Source of the DNA: Dehalococcoidia bacterium
GTDB lineage: Bacteria; Chloroflexota; Dehalococcoidia; Lucifugimonadales; VXLM01
DNA length: 64,000 nt
Assembly (NCBI GenBank): GCA_009841605.1
Contig: VXLM01000120.1
Coordinates: 48,167-112,166, forward strand
Reading direction: 5' to 3'
Within the stretch, counting starts at the first letter, position 1, and each line of letters begins with the position of its first letter. The translations under genes were made by a program, and so were the position numbers. Positions 18,721-28,225 of this stretch are shown one piece after another. The notes under the pieces are model-generated. The model did no database searches and had not been told where the DNA came from. It saw nothing but the letters and a program-made list of their open reading frames with translations.

Positions 18721-18979
18721 AGTTGGAGAGGTTATCCGAGGCGCGTGTTCATCAATCTCGAACATATCCTAGCAGTTTTGCCACGCGAGGGTCAATGAGA
18801 TTCGGTTGGGAGTCCAGAGGCGTGGTTTGGCGGGCTCCATCTAGGCCGGTTTCGCGCAATGGGACCACCTTGGTTGTTGCCACCCGTCCCCCCGCGTGAT
18901 ACCTTGAAATTCCGAAGTCAACCCTCCGCCCCGCAAATCGACCACCCCAAAAGAACACACAGCACCGCAACCATCCCTC

Positions 18980-19594
18980 ATGCTGACCGACAGTCACGAA
19001 CCGCCCACGCAAGAAACGAGCACGCAGGCCGATAGCCAATCCGGTAGCGGCCCCACCTCGCTATTCCGCGACAAGATACTCATCGGTACCGTGGTCGGCG
19101 CTTTCGTACTCGATCAGGTGTCGAAGAGGCTCATAACCTCGTGGTTGGACCTAGGTGAGTCGTGGCCGAGCGAGGGGTTCTTCCGCATCACGTACGGGAC
19201 GAACTCCGGCACCGCCTTCGGCCTCTTCCCCAACCACACGACGCTACTCATCGTCGTGTCGCTGGTGGCCATCGGGTTCCTGTTCTACTTCTACCGCGCT
19301 CACGCCATGCCGAGCTTGCTGCTGCGGTTCGCCATCGGCCTCCAACTGGGAGGAGCGTTCGGCAACCTCATCGACCGGGTGCTCAACGGCAAGGTCGTTG
19401 ACTTCATCGACGTTGGCCCGTGGCCGATCTTCAACCTCGCGGACTCCTCGATCGTCGTCGGGATATTCATCCTCATGGCGGTCTTCCTCCTGACCAAGGA
19501 GTCGACGGAAGAACGGCAAACCGCCCCCGCGACACCGGAGAACGAGTCCCAAGACCCTCAGGCCTCCATTCCGGCCTCGGCGCAGGATGAATGA
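18980..19594 (+). CDS. lspA: lipoprotein signal peptidase II
   Basis: Motifs NSGTAFGLF, GNLIDR and VVDFIDVGPWPIFNLADSSI. Confidence 0.85.
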   Translation: MLTDSHEPPTQETSTQADSQSGSGPTSLFRDKILIGTVVGAFVLDQVSKRLITSWLDLGESWPSEGFFRITYGTNSGTAFGLFPNHTTLLIVVSLVAIGFLFYFYRAHAMPSLLLRFAIGLQLGGAFGNLIDRVLNGKVVDFIDVGPWPIFNLADSSIVVGIFILMAVFLLTKESTEERQTAPATPENESQDPQASIPASAQDE

Positions 19595-20489
19595 CCGAGT
19601 CGAGTATCTTGTCGAGACTGGCGGAGAACGCCTCGATGTTTTCCTAGCGGAACAGTCTCCCGACCTTTCCCGCTCCCGAATTCGCAAGCTGATCGACGAT
19701 GGGCACGTGACCGTGGACGGTCGTCCCGGCAAAGCCTCGACGCGGCTTGCCGCCGGTCAGACAGTCACCCTCGGAGTCCCGCCGCCCTCCAGTGCTGAGC
19801 TCCATCCGTGGGAAGTTCCGCTCTCCGTCGTGTTCGAGGACGAAGACCTCATCGTCATCGACAAGCCCGCCGGTATGACCGTACATCCGGCGCCGGGAAA
19901 TGAAGATCACACCCTCGCCAATGCCATCCTCGCCCATGCTCCAGACATCGAGGGCATCGGCGGCGAGCGCCGTCCGGGAATCGTACACCGTCTCGATAAG
20001 GACACGTCGGGCCTGATCGTCGTCGCCAAGAACGAGCGAGCCCACGCGCACCTGTCCGACCAGTTCAAGAGCAGGGAAGTGAGCAAGGTCTACCTCGCGC
20101 TCGTCGTCGGCCATCCGAGTCCGCCGGAAGCCGATATAGACGCTCCAATCGGCAGACACCCGCACGACCGGCAGCGAATGGCCATCGTCTCCACAGGCCG
20201 CCCTGCGATCACACGGTACCGGATCGTGACATCGTACAGTCGGTCAACCCTCGTCGAGGCGCGTCCTCGGACCGGCCGCACACACCAGATCCGGGTTCAC
20301 CTCTCGTCGGTCGGGCATCCGGTCGTGGCGGATACGACGTACGGGCGTCCTGCTGAGGGACTGTCACGCCAGTTCCTTCATGCCTTCCGGCTGGGATTCA
20401 TACATCCGGCAAGCGGCGAGACTGTTCGGTTCAGTGCGGAGTTGCCCTGCGACCTGCGTTCGCACCTCGACCGGCTCGTGCCAGCGTGA
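19587..20489 (+). CDS. rluD: RluA-family 23S rRNA pseudouridine synthase (RluD-like) with S4 domain
   Basis: HRLDKDTSGLIVVAKN catalytic motif. Overlaps lspA by 8 nt. Confidence 0.85.
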   Translation: MNDRVEYLVETGGERLDVFLAEQSPDLSRSRIRKLIDDGHVTVDGRPGKASTRLAAGQTVTLGVPPPSSAELHPWEVPLSVVFEDEDLIVIDKPAGMTVHPAPGNEDHTLANAILAHAPDIEGIGGERRPGIVHRLDKDTSGLIVVAKNERAHAHLSDQFKSREVSKVYLALVVGHPSPPEADIDAPIGRHPHDRQRMAIVSTGRPAITRYRIVTSYSRSTLVEARPRTGRTHQIRVHLSSVGHPVVADTTYGRPAEGLSRQFLHAFRLGFIHPASGETVRFSAELPCDLRSHLDRLVPA

Positions 20490-20556
20490 CAAGCTGTCCT
20501 GATGGGGCGGGGTGAACCGAGAAGGTAACGCCACTGCGCGAGAAAGGCCGACGGTG

Positions 20557-21423
20557 TTAGTCGGCGCTCCTCTTCGTCCACTCGCCCTTGGCTGCCGTAA
20601 GACCGAATATCGCTGTCGCCACGAGGGCCATGATGGGCCCCGTTGGCATGTTAGCGTGGAATGACAGGTACATTCCGACGATCGCAGAGAGGACGCCGAT
20701 CAACGCGCCTACGAGCATGACCCCGACGAATCGCCTCGCGAGGAGGAACCCGGTCGCCGCCGGCGTGATGAGCATAGCCATGACGAGGACGATTCCTGCT
20801 GCCTGGATGCTGATGACGATGACCAGAGCGAGGAGGGCGAGCAGGACGTATTCGATGAAGCGGACCTTGATGCCCACCACCTCTGCGCCGACCGGGTCGA
20901 AAGTCGTGTACACGAGGTGACGGTGGAAGACGTACAGCCCGGCAATCACCAGCACCGCCAGCCCCAAGGACAGATATACCTCACCCTCGCTTACTCCCAG
21001 TATTTCCCCAATCAGAAGGTCCTCGATATTTGGAGCTTGGGTGTTGCGAAGTTCGAGGAAGGTGTTGATGTAGAAGGGGCTGGAGAGCATCACGAGTCCG
21101 AGCGCGAACATACCCGCGAAGACGATGCCGATGGACGTGTCCTCGCTGCTGCCCGTGCGCCGGCTGATGAAGCCCATGAGCAGAGCGATTGCGACGCCGG
21201 TCGGTACGGCGGCAATAAGCGCGGTGCCGGTTGCCAACAGACCGACTCCCATACCCGGCAGGACGGAATGGGCGAGGGCGTCTCCCATGAATGCCCGTCC
21301 GCGCGCGACCACATACGCTCCGATGACAGGACACATGACGCCGACGAGGATGGACACGATCAGCGCCCGCTGCATGAAGTCGTACCGCAGAGGCGCGAAG
21401 AAAAGCTCAGCTATGTCGGGCAT
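20557..21423 (-). CDS. metal (Zn/Mn) ABC transporter permease
   Basis: 288 aa, polytopic, ZnuB/TroCD-like. Sits in an operon with the ATPase, the binding protein and the Fur-family regulator. Confidence 0.8.
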   Translation of the reverse strand: MPDIAELFFAPLRYDFMQRALIVSILVGVMCPVIGAYVVARGRAFMGDALAHSVLPGMGVGLLATGTALIAAVPTGVAIALLMGFISRRTGSSEDTSIGIVFAGMFALGLVMLSSPFYINTFLELRNTQAPNIEDLLIGEILGVSEGEVYLSLGLAVLVIAGLYVFHRHLVYTTFDPVGAEVVGIKVRFIEYVLLALLALVIVISIQAAGIVLVMAMLITPAATGFLLARRFVGVMLVGALIGVLSAIVGMYLSFHANMPTGPIMALVATAIFGLTAAKGEWTKRSAD

Positions 21424-22223
21424 CAGTGCTCGTGTCCGTTGTGCTCGTCATGGTCATGCGGATCGACGTGGTGGTGGGCGAACTCGAGCCCGTGCGAACC
21501 GTAGAGCTCCTCCAGCACCTCGGGGGTGAACGCCTCCTCCGGTGGGCCGTATGCGCACATGTGGTGATTGATACAGAGAATCCGGTCGAAGCGCTCGGCG
21601 ATGTTGGTCAGATCGTGAGTCGAGATGATGACGATCTTGCCCTCGTTACGGAGGGACTGGAGGACGACGATGATGTCCTCCTGCGCCGCGAGGTCGACGC
21701 CGCTGAAGGCCTCGTCCATCAGGATGATGCTGGCCTCTTGGGCTAGCGCGCGGGCTATGAAGACTCGCTGTCGTTGACCGCCCGACAACCGGTCTACGAG
21801 GGCAGTGCGCTCATCCCAGAGATTCACCCGTTCCAGGCAATCCCGGACCATCTCCTTATCTTGCCTGCTGGGGCGTCGGAACCAGCCGATGTTGTTGCCG
21901 CGTCCCATCATGACCACGTCATGGATGGTGGCGGGGAAGCGCCAGTTGATGCTGTCGCGCTGTGGGACGTACGCCAGCGCCCCGTTTCTCTCGATGCCCC
22001 GCACGTTCAGCGAGCCGTTCGCTACCGGCAGCAGACCCGCAATGGCATCGAAAAGTGTGCTCTTGCCAGCGCCGTTCGGCCCCAGAATGCCCATCAAGGT
22101 GCCGGGACCGACATCGAAGGTGATGCCGGTTAGCGCGACGTGTCCGCCACGCTCGACGCTCACATCCTCAACGGTAATACTGGGTTCGGAGATGCTCATG
22201 GTAATTCCCAGTCCATTAAGCAT
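21423..22223 (-). CDS. metal ABC transporter ATP-binding protein with His-rich C-terminal tail
   Basis: Walker A GPNGAGKST, signature LSGGQRQR and tail HHHVDPHDHDEHNGHEH. An alternative start is at 22199. Confidence 0.85.
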   Translation of the reverse strand: MLNGLGITMSISEPSITVEDVSVERGGHVALTGITFDVGPGTLMGILGPNGAGKSTLFDAIAGLLPVANGSLNVRGIERNGALAYVPQRDSINWRFPATIHDVVMMGRGNNIGWFRRPSRQDKEMVRDCLERVNLWDERTALVDRLSGGQRQRVFIARALAQEASIILMDEAFSGVDLAAQEDIIVVLQSLRNEGKIVIISTHDLTNIAERFDRILCINHHMCAYGPPEEAFTPEVLEELYGSHGLEFAHHHVDPHDHDEHNGHEH

Positions 22224-22293
22224 CCGGGTGCAGAGACCCTCTGCACCCGGCGCGCCCGGATACTACCACATTATTGTGTTGGTGATACGGCGT

Positions 22294-23664
22294 CTACTTT
22301 AGCCCCTCGACTATTCGCTCGACGTTGGTGCGAATCATGCCGATGTACGTTTCCGCTCCGCTCCCGTCGGGACCGAGTGAGCCGGAGTAGAGCCTGACCA
22401 GTTCAGCGCCCGATTCCTTCGCCACGGCGCTGGCCAAGCGCTCGCTGACCGTCGTCTCGCCGAACACCACCGGGACGCCTTCCTCCTTGACTTCTTCCAC
22501 CAGGTCCGCGAGATCTCCCGCCGACGGCTCAACGTCCGTCGTGATCGAAAGGACGACCCCGATGACCTCGAACCCGTACAGGTTGGCGAAGTACCCGAAG
22601 CTGTCGTGGGAAGTTACGAGGAGTCTATTTTCCTCCGGTACCGCGCTGACCTGTTGCTCCGTCCATGAGTGCAACTCGTCCAGTTTAGCGTTGTAGGCGG
22701 TGGCGTTGGCCCAGAACATATCGCCGCGGTCCGGATCGAGTACGGAGAGACGGGCGGCAATGTCATTGACCACGAGCTTCACGCGAACGGGGTCGAACCA
22801 GTAGTGGGGGTCTTCCAGGCCGTGACCGTGGTCCGCATGATCGTGCTCACCTTCTTCGGTAAGACCTTCGATCGCCTCTATCGCGTCTTCGGCCTTCAAG
22901 TCGCCGGTTTCGACCTGTTCGATTATTTCCATGACCATTGCGGGCAACTCTTCCTCGCCCTCATGGTGGTGTTCTTCTTCGTCCTCGTGATGGTGGCCCT
23001 CGTCTTCCTCTTCTTCACCCTCGTGGTCCTCGTCCTTCTTCTCTTCCTCTTCACCCTCATGATGGTGACCTTCTTCGGCTGCCTCAAGCAGTTCCTCGAT
23101 TTCCTTGAGGCCCTTCATCGCGTCGATCTCGCCGTCTTCCACTTCATGCACCACATGGCTGATCTCTTCCAGCAGCTCGACCTCGTCGGCGTGGCCTTCG
23201 GCGAACTCTATCGGATCGACGATTTCACCCGTCTCGACGATGGACTCAGGATCCGCCGCGGCGTTCTCCAGAAGGTCGTGTAACCACCCTCCCTCCATGC
23301 CGAGTCCTATGCTGAGCACAACGTCGGCGTCGGTGATCCTCGCCACGTCTCTGGCGCCCGGCTGGAACGTGTGCGGATCGCCGCCTATCGGCAGAAGGCT
23401 GAACACCTCTACGCCGTCGCCGCCCACGTTTTCCACCCAGTCGGCAACGATGTTGGATGTCGTTACCACCTCGATTGGGGGCTTGTCGGATGGCGCCGCG
23501 GGAGGAGCAGGGCTTGTTTGGGATTGAGTGGTCTGTGCCGGCTCGGAGTCCTCATCGTCCGATGAGCACGCCGCGACAGACAGCATGAGAGCGACCCCGA
23601 TAATAATTATTCCGATGAACGGGTTGACTGTCAGTCCTTTAATGGCATTCAGTCTCAATTGCAT
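22294..23664 (-). CDS. ZnuA/TroA-family metal-binding lipoprotein with a very long acidic/His-rich insertion
   Basis: Lipobox LSVAACS; conserved GGDPHTFQP and DPHYWFDP. A ~130-aa insertion (nt 22813..23202) is rich in E, D and H (HHHEGEEEEKKDEDHEGEEEEDEGHHHEDEEEHHHEGEEE). Confidence 0.85.
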   Translation of the reverse strand: MQLRLNAIKGLTVNPFIGIIIIGVALMLSVAACSSDDEDSEPAQTTQSQTSPAPPAAPSDKPPIEVVTTSNIVADWVENVGGDGVEVFSLLPIGGDPHTFQPGARDVARITDADVVLSIGLGMEGGWLHDLLENAAADPESIVETGEIVDPIEFAEGHADEVELLEEISHVVHEVEDGEIDAMKGLKEIEELLEAAEEGHHHEGEEEEKKDEDHEGEEEEDEGHHHEDEEEHHHEGEEELPAMVMEIIEQVETGDLKAEDAIEAIEGLTEEGEHDHADHGHGLEDPHYWFDPVRVKLVVNDIAARLSVLDPDRGDMFWANATAYNAKLDELHSWTEQQVSAVPEENRLLVTSHDSFGYFANLYGFEVIGVVLSITTDVEPSAGDLADLVEEVKEEGVPVVFGETTVSERLASAVAKESGAELVRLYSGSLGPDGSGAETYIGMIRTNVERIVEGLK

Positions 23665-23834
23665 TGCCTTTCCACTCCTGAACTTGGTGCACTGCGTAGT
23701 TCGGGGCTATGCTTATCGGTCGAATCGCCCTGACCGAGTGGTCACAAGGTTCGCTCACTCTACCATGTAGTGAGGTTTTATACCAAGTGTTGAATCGACT
23801 CAAAGTCGTTCGTAGATTGAGGGGAATGGAGACC

Positions 23835-24269
23835 CTAAACGCTGACGTTATCGAGGCAGCGATCGCAGGTAACGTAGAACTCCATGCGGTGCCCAACGAT
23901 CTCACCGGGGATGTCGCCTCCGATGGCCCGGAGCAGCCGTTCCACCGTTGCCGCTCGGAACTCACCGACATTGCCGCACTTGATGCAGACGGTGTGGTGG
24001 TGGTGCTCAATCCTAGAGAGACTGTACATGGGGGCGCCGTCCATCATTGCCAGCTTGCAGATGACGCCGGCTTTCAGAAGCAGTTTGATGGTCCGGTACA
24101 CCGTGGCCCGGCCGACGGTCGGAAGCTCTTCACTGATCTCTTCGGCCGTGAATCCCTCTTGCTTTCGTTCGAGAAGATCTACGATCGCCCTTCGCGGTGC
24201 TGTAGTTCGGTATCCCTGGTCTTCCAGGACGGCCATCAGGTTGGGACGGGAGTTGAGCGAAACGTTCAT
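23835..24269 (-). CDS. Fur-family metalloregulator (Zur-like)
   Basis: 144 aa. Winged-helix N-terminus, HHHHTVCIKCG ... CDRC metal sites. It heads the metal uptake operon. Confidence 0.8.
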   Translation of the reverse strand: MNVSLNSRPNLMAVLEDQGYRTTAPRRAIVDLLERKQEGFTAEEISEELPTVGRATVYRTIKLLLKAGVICKLAMMDGAPMYSLSRIEHHHHTVCIKCGNVGEFRAATVERLLRAIGGDIPGEIVGHRMEFYVTCDRCLDNVSV

Positions 24270-24505
24270 AGAATTGGGGATTCACACCTTGATAGGAACA
24301 TTCACGCGATATTCACACTTTGGCCTTCTCTGATTGTACGGTAACAAACGCTCCATATCATGTCAATTGCGCGAACGGCCACACGGGGACTGTCTTGTCG
24401 CACTCTCCCACACCCATTATGGCGCTGATTGCAGGGGAAGTGTGAAAGCCAAACAACGGCTAGGTAAAGAATGGCGTGCTCTTGGCAGCCTGGTCCGAGT
24501 GGGGA

Positions 24506-24673
24506 CTAGAGGCCGACGAAGCCGCCCCACTCCCAAGGATGAAGCCCCTGATTGCCGCAGAGAGGACAGCCTGCACTCCCGCTTCTGATCATATACGCGA
24601 CCATGAAAACGAGGCCGCCAATTGCGAGTTTATTCGTCGTGAACCTTGTCAGAAGATTGTACATTTTCTTCAC
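24506..24673 (-). CDS. small membrane protein (hypothetical; faint DUF2892/YgaP-like CPxCG end)
   Basis: GTG at 24673 lies 6 nt after GGAGG. One hydrophobic helix, then SGSAGCPLCG. AT-richer region. Weak call. Confidence 0.3.
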   Translation of the reverse strand: MKKMYNLLTRFTTNKLAIGGLVFMVAYMIRSGSAGCPLCGNQGLHPWEWGGFVGL

Positions 24674-24786
24674 AACATCCCTCCTGAGCACGACTTCACT
24701 TAAATTCATGCTATTTGAGGACGCATGTCCGTGTCAAGCGTGACTCCATTGCTGTAACTGCTTAGAGTTCATTAACACACAACCAC

Positions 24787-24819
24787 CGTCATACCGGCGA
24801 AAGCGGATATCCAGAGGGG
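24787..24819 (+). repeat. repeat family D copy
   Basis: cgtcataccggcgaaagcggatatccagagggg. Confidence 0.55.
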
Positions 24820-24916
24820 TGGAGAGTGTTTATCTCATCAACACTGAATGGTTACCCGGTGCGGTACGTATAGTATTTCTTCCTTTTCTCAGGGAGGTAA
24901 AGGACAATAGCCACCG

Positions 24917-25333
24917 ATGACTGCCAAAGCCACAACATCGAGGATGCTCACGCCGCTCGTTTCGGTCGCCGCCTTTGGCGACGTGGCCGTTTTTGCTTTG
25001 TTTGTCTTTGCCGGCAGGGCGGAACACGGAATTATTCAGGAGGCCGCGTTCTGGCGCACGGCGCTCCCGTTCGCCGCCGTCTGGTTCGCGCTGTCCCCCT
25101 GGCTAGGGGCATTCCGAACGTCTACCCTTACGAGCGCTAGAGCGTCGGCTTGGCGCATACCACTCATCTGGCTCTTGTGCGGCGTCATCGCCGTTGTGCT
25201 GCGCGTGTGGCTCACCGATCGCACGTTTCAGTTGACCTTCGCCCTTGTTGCCATAGGAGTGCAGGCCGTCATGCTCGTCGGATGGCGCGTCGCGTTCTCG
25301 CTGGTCAGCCGAAGGATTTTCGGCACAACGTAG
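24917..25333 (+). CDS. 4-TM membrane protein (DUF3054-like)
   Basis: 138 aa with four hydrophobic segments. GDVAVFALFVFAGRAEHG resembles DUF3054 N-termini (recollection only). Confidence 0.55.
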   Translation: MTAKATTSRMLTPLVSVAAFGDVAVFALFVFAGRAEHGIIQEAAFWRTALPFAAVWFALSPWLGAFRTSTLTSARASAWRIPLIWLLCGVIAVVLRVWLTDRTFQLTFALVAIGVQAVMLVGWRVAFSLVSRRIFGTT

Positions 25334-25356
25334 ATTCATTGCCTGGAGGACGGGCC

Positions 25357-26712
25357 ATGCCCGATATCCGAACCCGATTTGCGCCGAGTCCCACCGGCGA
25401 CCCTCACGTCGGCAACATCCGCACGGCCCTGTTCACGTGGCTGTTCGCCCGTGGGCACGACGGCACGTTCATCCTCCGCATCGAGGACACCGACCAGGCC
25501 CGCGAGGTAGAGGGATCGGTCGAGGCAATCATGGAGGGCCTGCGATGGCTCGGCCTCGATTGGGACGAGGGCCCGGAGATCGGCGGAGAGTACGGTCCCT
25601 ACTTCCAGTCGGAACGACTCGAACACTACCAATCGGCAGCCGACCGGCTCATCGAGTCGGGGCACGCTTACCGTTTCGAGGACGAGCGCGGTTCTGCCGT
25701 GAAGTTCGCCATGCCCAGCGATGGCTCGACCGCCGTCTCGGACGTGATCCGAGGCCGCGTGGAGTTCGACAACTCGCTGATCGACGACTTCGTCATCCTG
25801 AAGTCGGACGGGTACCCGACCTACCACCTTGCCAGCGTGGTCGACGATCAGCTCATGCGCATCTCCCACGTCATCCGAGGTGAGGGCTGGCTCTCCAGCG
25901 CCCCCCGGCACGTCTGCCTGTACGACGCCCTCGGCTGGCAGGCCCCGGAGTTCGTTCACCTGCCGGACATCCTCGCGAGCGGCGGCGGCAAGCTCAGCAA
26001 GCGGCACGGAGCCGTGTCGGTGAACGAGTATCGCGAGATGGGCTATCTGCCACACGCCATGGTGAACTTCCTCGCGCTCCTCGGCTGGTCCTACGACGAC
26101 AAGACGGAGCTGTTTACAAACGATCAGCTAATAGAGGCCTTCTCCCTGGAACGAGTCTCGAAGTCGGGAGCGGTCTTCAACCTCGATAAGCTCGACTGGA
26201 TGAACGGACACTACATCCGCGAGTCTGGCGACTCGGAGCTCGCCGACGTGCTCTTGGACTACTGGAGACAGTATCCCCCCGCTGAACTGGCCCCCGAGCC
26301 CGACCGTGAGACTCTGGTGCAAATCGTGCCGCTCATTAAGGAAAGGCTCAAGACACTGGCTGACGCCGCGGAGCGTATACCCTTCTTCTTCAGCGACGAC
26401 TTCGACTACGAGCCGAGTGAACTCATCCAGCGCAAGATGGACGAGGGAGGAACGCTGCGGGCGCTGAATGCGGCGGTGGAAGTCGTCGGGGCCGCCGAGC
26501 CGTTCGACGCAGCAATTCTTGAAGCCAGGCTTCGGGTGTTGGCCGATGACCTCGACATCAAGGTTGGTCAGTTGCTCGGGACGCTGCGGGTCGCCACGAG
26601 CGGCCTGAAGGTGTCGCCCCCTCTGTTCGAGTCCCTGGAAATCCTGGGTCGAGAGAGAGTAGTCCGAGACTTCAATCGTGCGGTCGCGAAGTTGGAGAAC
26701 TCAGTCCAATAG
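25357..26712 (+). CDS. gltX: glutamate--tRNA ligase
   Basis: ATG at 25357 lies 6 nt after GGAGGA. N-terminus MPDIRTRFAPSPTGDPHVGNIRTALF (HIGH-type) and KLSKR (KMSKS-type). The 25150 extension was rejected. Confidence 0.9.
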   Translation: MPDIRTRFAPSPTGDPHVGNIRTALFTWLFARGHDGTFILRIEDTDQAREVEGSVEAIMEGLRWLGLDWDEGPEIGGEYGPYFQSERLEHYQSAADRLIESGHAYRFEDERGSAVKFAMPSDGSTAVSDVIRGRVEFDNSLIDDFVILKSDGYPTYHLASVVDDQLMRISHVIRGEGWLSSAPRHVCLYDALGWQAPEFVHLPDILASGGGKLSKRHGAVSVNEYREMGYLPHAMVNFLALLGWSYDDKTELFTNDQLIEAFSLERVSKSGAVFNLDKLDWMNGHYIRESGDSELADVLLDYWRQYPPAELAPEPDRETLVQIVPLIKERLKTLADAAERIPFFFSDDFDYEPSELIQRKMDEGGTLRALNAAVEVVGAAEPFDAAILEARLRVLADDLDIKVGQLLGTLRVATSGLKVSPPLFESLEILGRERVVRDFNRAVAKLENSVQ

Positions 26713-26810
26713 CGCACCTGCATCGAAGTGAGGCACGTGGCTTCACCTTGACACGTAAAATGATCTGGGCGATTCTATCCGCAGTGAGGAGACCTTTACT
26801 AACCCAGGCA

Positions 26811-26850
26811 CCTGTCATTCCGAATGAAGCGAAGCGGAATGAGGAATCTA
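26811..26850 (+). repeat. repeat family C (CTGTCATTCCGAxxxxGCGAGGAATCTA), left arm of an inverted pair
   Basis: cctgtcattccgaatgaagcgaagcggaatgaggaatcta. Confidence 0.7.
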
Positions 26851-26914
26851 TGGTCGATGTCGTCTATGCGGATTTTCGTAGCTGGAACGGCCATAATAGA
26901 GACGGCGCAACACC

Positions 26915-26945
26915 TTAGATTCCTCGCGGTGCTCGGAATGACAGG
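26915..26945 (-). repeat. repeat family C, right arm (inverted)
   Basis: ttagattcctcgcggtgctcggaatgacagg is the reverse complement of the family C consensus. Confidence 0.7.
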
Positions 26946-27012
26946 CTGCTATATGAGTTACGCAAGAGTCTCAGGTGGGTGGATGTCGTAAACGAAGGAG
27001 TAGACCGTCTCA

Positions 27013-27465
27013 ATGTCTTTAAGTGACCAGTTGACCGAAGACCTCAAGCAGGCGATGCGTTCGCGAGACGCCCTTCGGAGGGACGTTCTGCGGTACCTCC
27101 TCTCCGCCGTTAGGAATCTGGAGATCGAGAAGCAGGAAGAGGCCGACGACGAGGCCATCACCGGCCTGCTCTGGCGTCAGGCCCGTCAGCGGCGTGACAG
27201 CATCGACGCCTACTCGAAGGGTGGACGGGACGACCTCGTTAAGAAGGAAGAGGACGAGCTCGCCATCATCATGGAGTACCTGCCCGCCGAGCTCACCGAC
27301 GAGGAGATCTCGGAAATCGCCGCTAAGGCCGTCGACGAGGTGGGCGCCACGAGCCCGCGCGAGATGGGCAAGGTGATGGGGCGCATCATCCCGCAGGTCG
27401 AAGGCCGCGCCGACCTCAAGAAGGTCAGCCAAACGGTCGCCGCGCTGCTCAGGGACCGGTCGTGA
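27013..27465 (+). CDS. GatB/YqeY domain protein
   Basis: 150 aa. [30 protein letters not shown]... is typical of YqeY. Confidence 0.8.
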   Translation: MSLSDQLTEDLKQAMRSRDALRRDVLRYLLSAVRNLEIEKQEEADDEAITGLLWRQARQRRDSIDAYSKGGRDDLVKKEEDELAIIMEYLPAELTDEEISEIAAKAVDEVGATSPREMGKVMGRIIPQVEGRADLKKVSQTVAALLRDRS

Positions 27466-27532
27466 ACCCCTCGGACGCCCACGCTCGACACTCACGACCA
27501 ACGGCAGACTCGCTTTGACCAACACGAACGAC

Positions 27533-28225
27533 ATGCGCTTCGGAGTGGTCGTCTTCCCCGGCACGTGGAGCGACACGGACACCTACCACGTGCTGTCCGA
27601 GGTATTCCACCGCCAGGTCGAGTACGTCTGGCACAAGGAGACCGACCTCTCACGGTTCGACTGCGTCATCCTGCCCGGCGGATTTTCCTACGGAGACTAC
27701 CTCCGGTGCGGTGCTATCGCACGCTTCTCGCCCGTCATGAGCGCCGTCACGGACTTCGCCGAGGGAGGCGGGCTCGTCGCTGGCATCTGCAACGGGTTCC
27801 AGATACTCTGCGAGGCCGGTCTGCTCCCCGGCGCTTTGATGCGGAACGATGTTCTCCAGTTCCGCTGCATGTGGGTGAACCTCCGGTCCGAGACTGCCGA
27901 GACCCCGTTCAGCGGCGGCTATCCGGTCGGCCGGGTGCTGCGAGTCCCCATCTCGCACGGCGAGGGCAGGTACTTCGCCGACCCCGACACCCTGCGCGAG
28001 TTGGAGGAAGAGGACAGGGTGGTCTTCCGCTACTCGACCGAGGACGGACAGGTGACCCCGGACTCCAACCCGAACGGTTCGATCAACAACATCGCGGGCA
28101 TCGTCAACGCCAAAGGCAACGTTCTCGGCATGATGCCCCACCCCGAGCGGTGCTGTGAGCAGGTCGTCGGGGGTGCCGACGGGTCGCTCATCTTCAACTC
28201 GATCATCGACCATCTGGCCTCGTGA
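27533..28225 (+). CDS. purQ: phosphoribosylformylglycinamidine synthase, glutaminase subunit
   Basis: [16 protein letters not shown]..., GFSYGDYLR, catalytic GICNGFQIL, and HPER near the C-terminus. The TTG at 27515 is a possible alternative start. Confidence 0.9.
   Translation: MRFGVVVFPGTWSDTDTYHVLSEVFHRQVEYVWHKETDLSRFDCVILPGGFSYGDYLRCGAIARFSPVMSAVTDFAEGGGLVAGICNGFQILCEAGLLPGALMRNDVLQFRCMWVNLRSETAETPFSGGYPVGRVLRVPISHGEGRYFADPDTLRELEEEDRVVFRYSTEDGQVTPDSNPNGSINNIAGIVNAKGNVLGMMPHPERCCEQVVGGADGSLIFNSIIDHLAS

Noticed and set aside
12933-18765. Sarcosine oxidase operon order (soxD-A-G-B) and the adjacent cytochrome c as something unusual
   Set aside because: All four subunits are present with overlapping stops and starts. 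Gene-order variants of this operon are plausible, and nothing in the sequence suggests new chemistry.
22813-23202. Low-complexity GAA/GAG/CAC-rich DNA in znuA as a separate tandem-repeat or pseudogene feature
   Set aside because: The frame stays open and is flanked by conserved ZnuA segments, so it is treated as an in-frame His/acidic loop.
24270-24330. Candidate Zur/Fur box upstream of the Fur-family gene (TGATAGGAACATTCA plus three ATTCAC repeats)
   Set aside because: It is only a partial match to the 7-1-7 Fur/Zur palindrome, and the clade's consensus is unknown. It is too weak to annotate.
25150-25356. N-terminal extension of gltX in the ORF track (520-aa version), overlapping the DUF3054-like gene
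   Set aside because: The conserved GltX N-terminus begins at MPDIRTRFAPSPTG with GGAGGA 6 nt upstream. The extension is out of character and overlaps a plausible membrane-protein gene in another frame.
25336-26055. 239-aa minus-strand ORF
   Set aside because: It is antisense to gltX.
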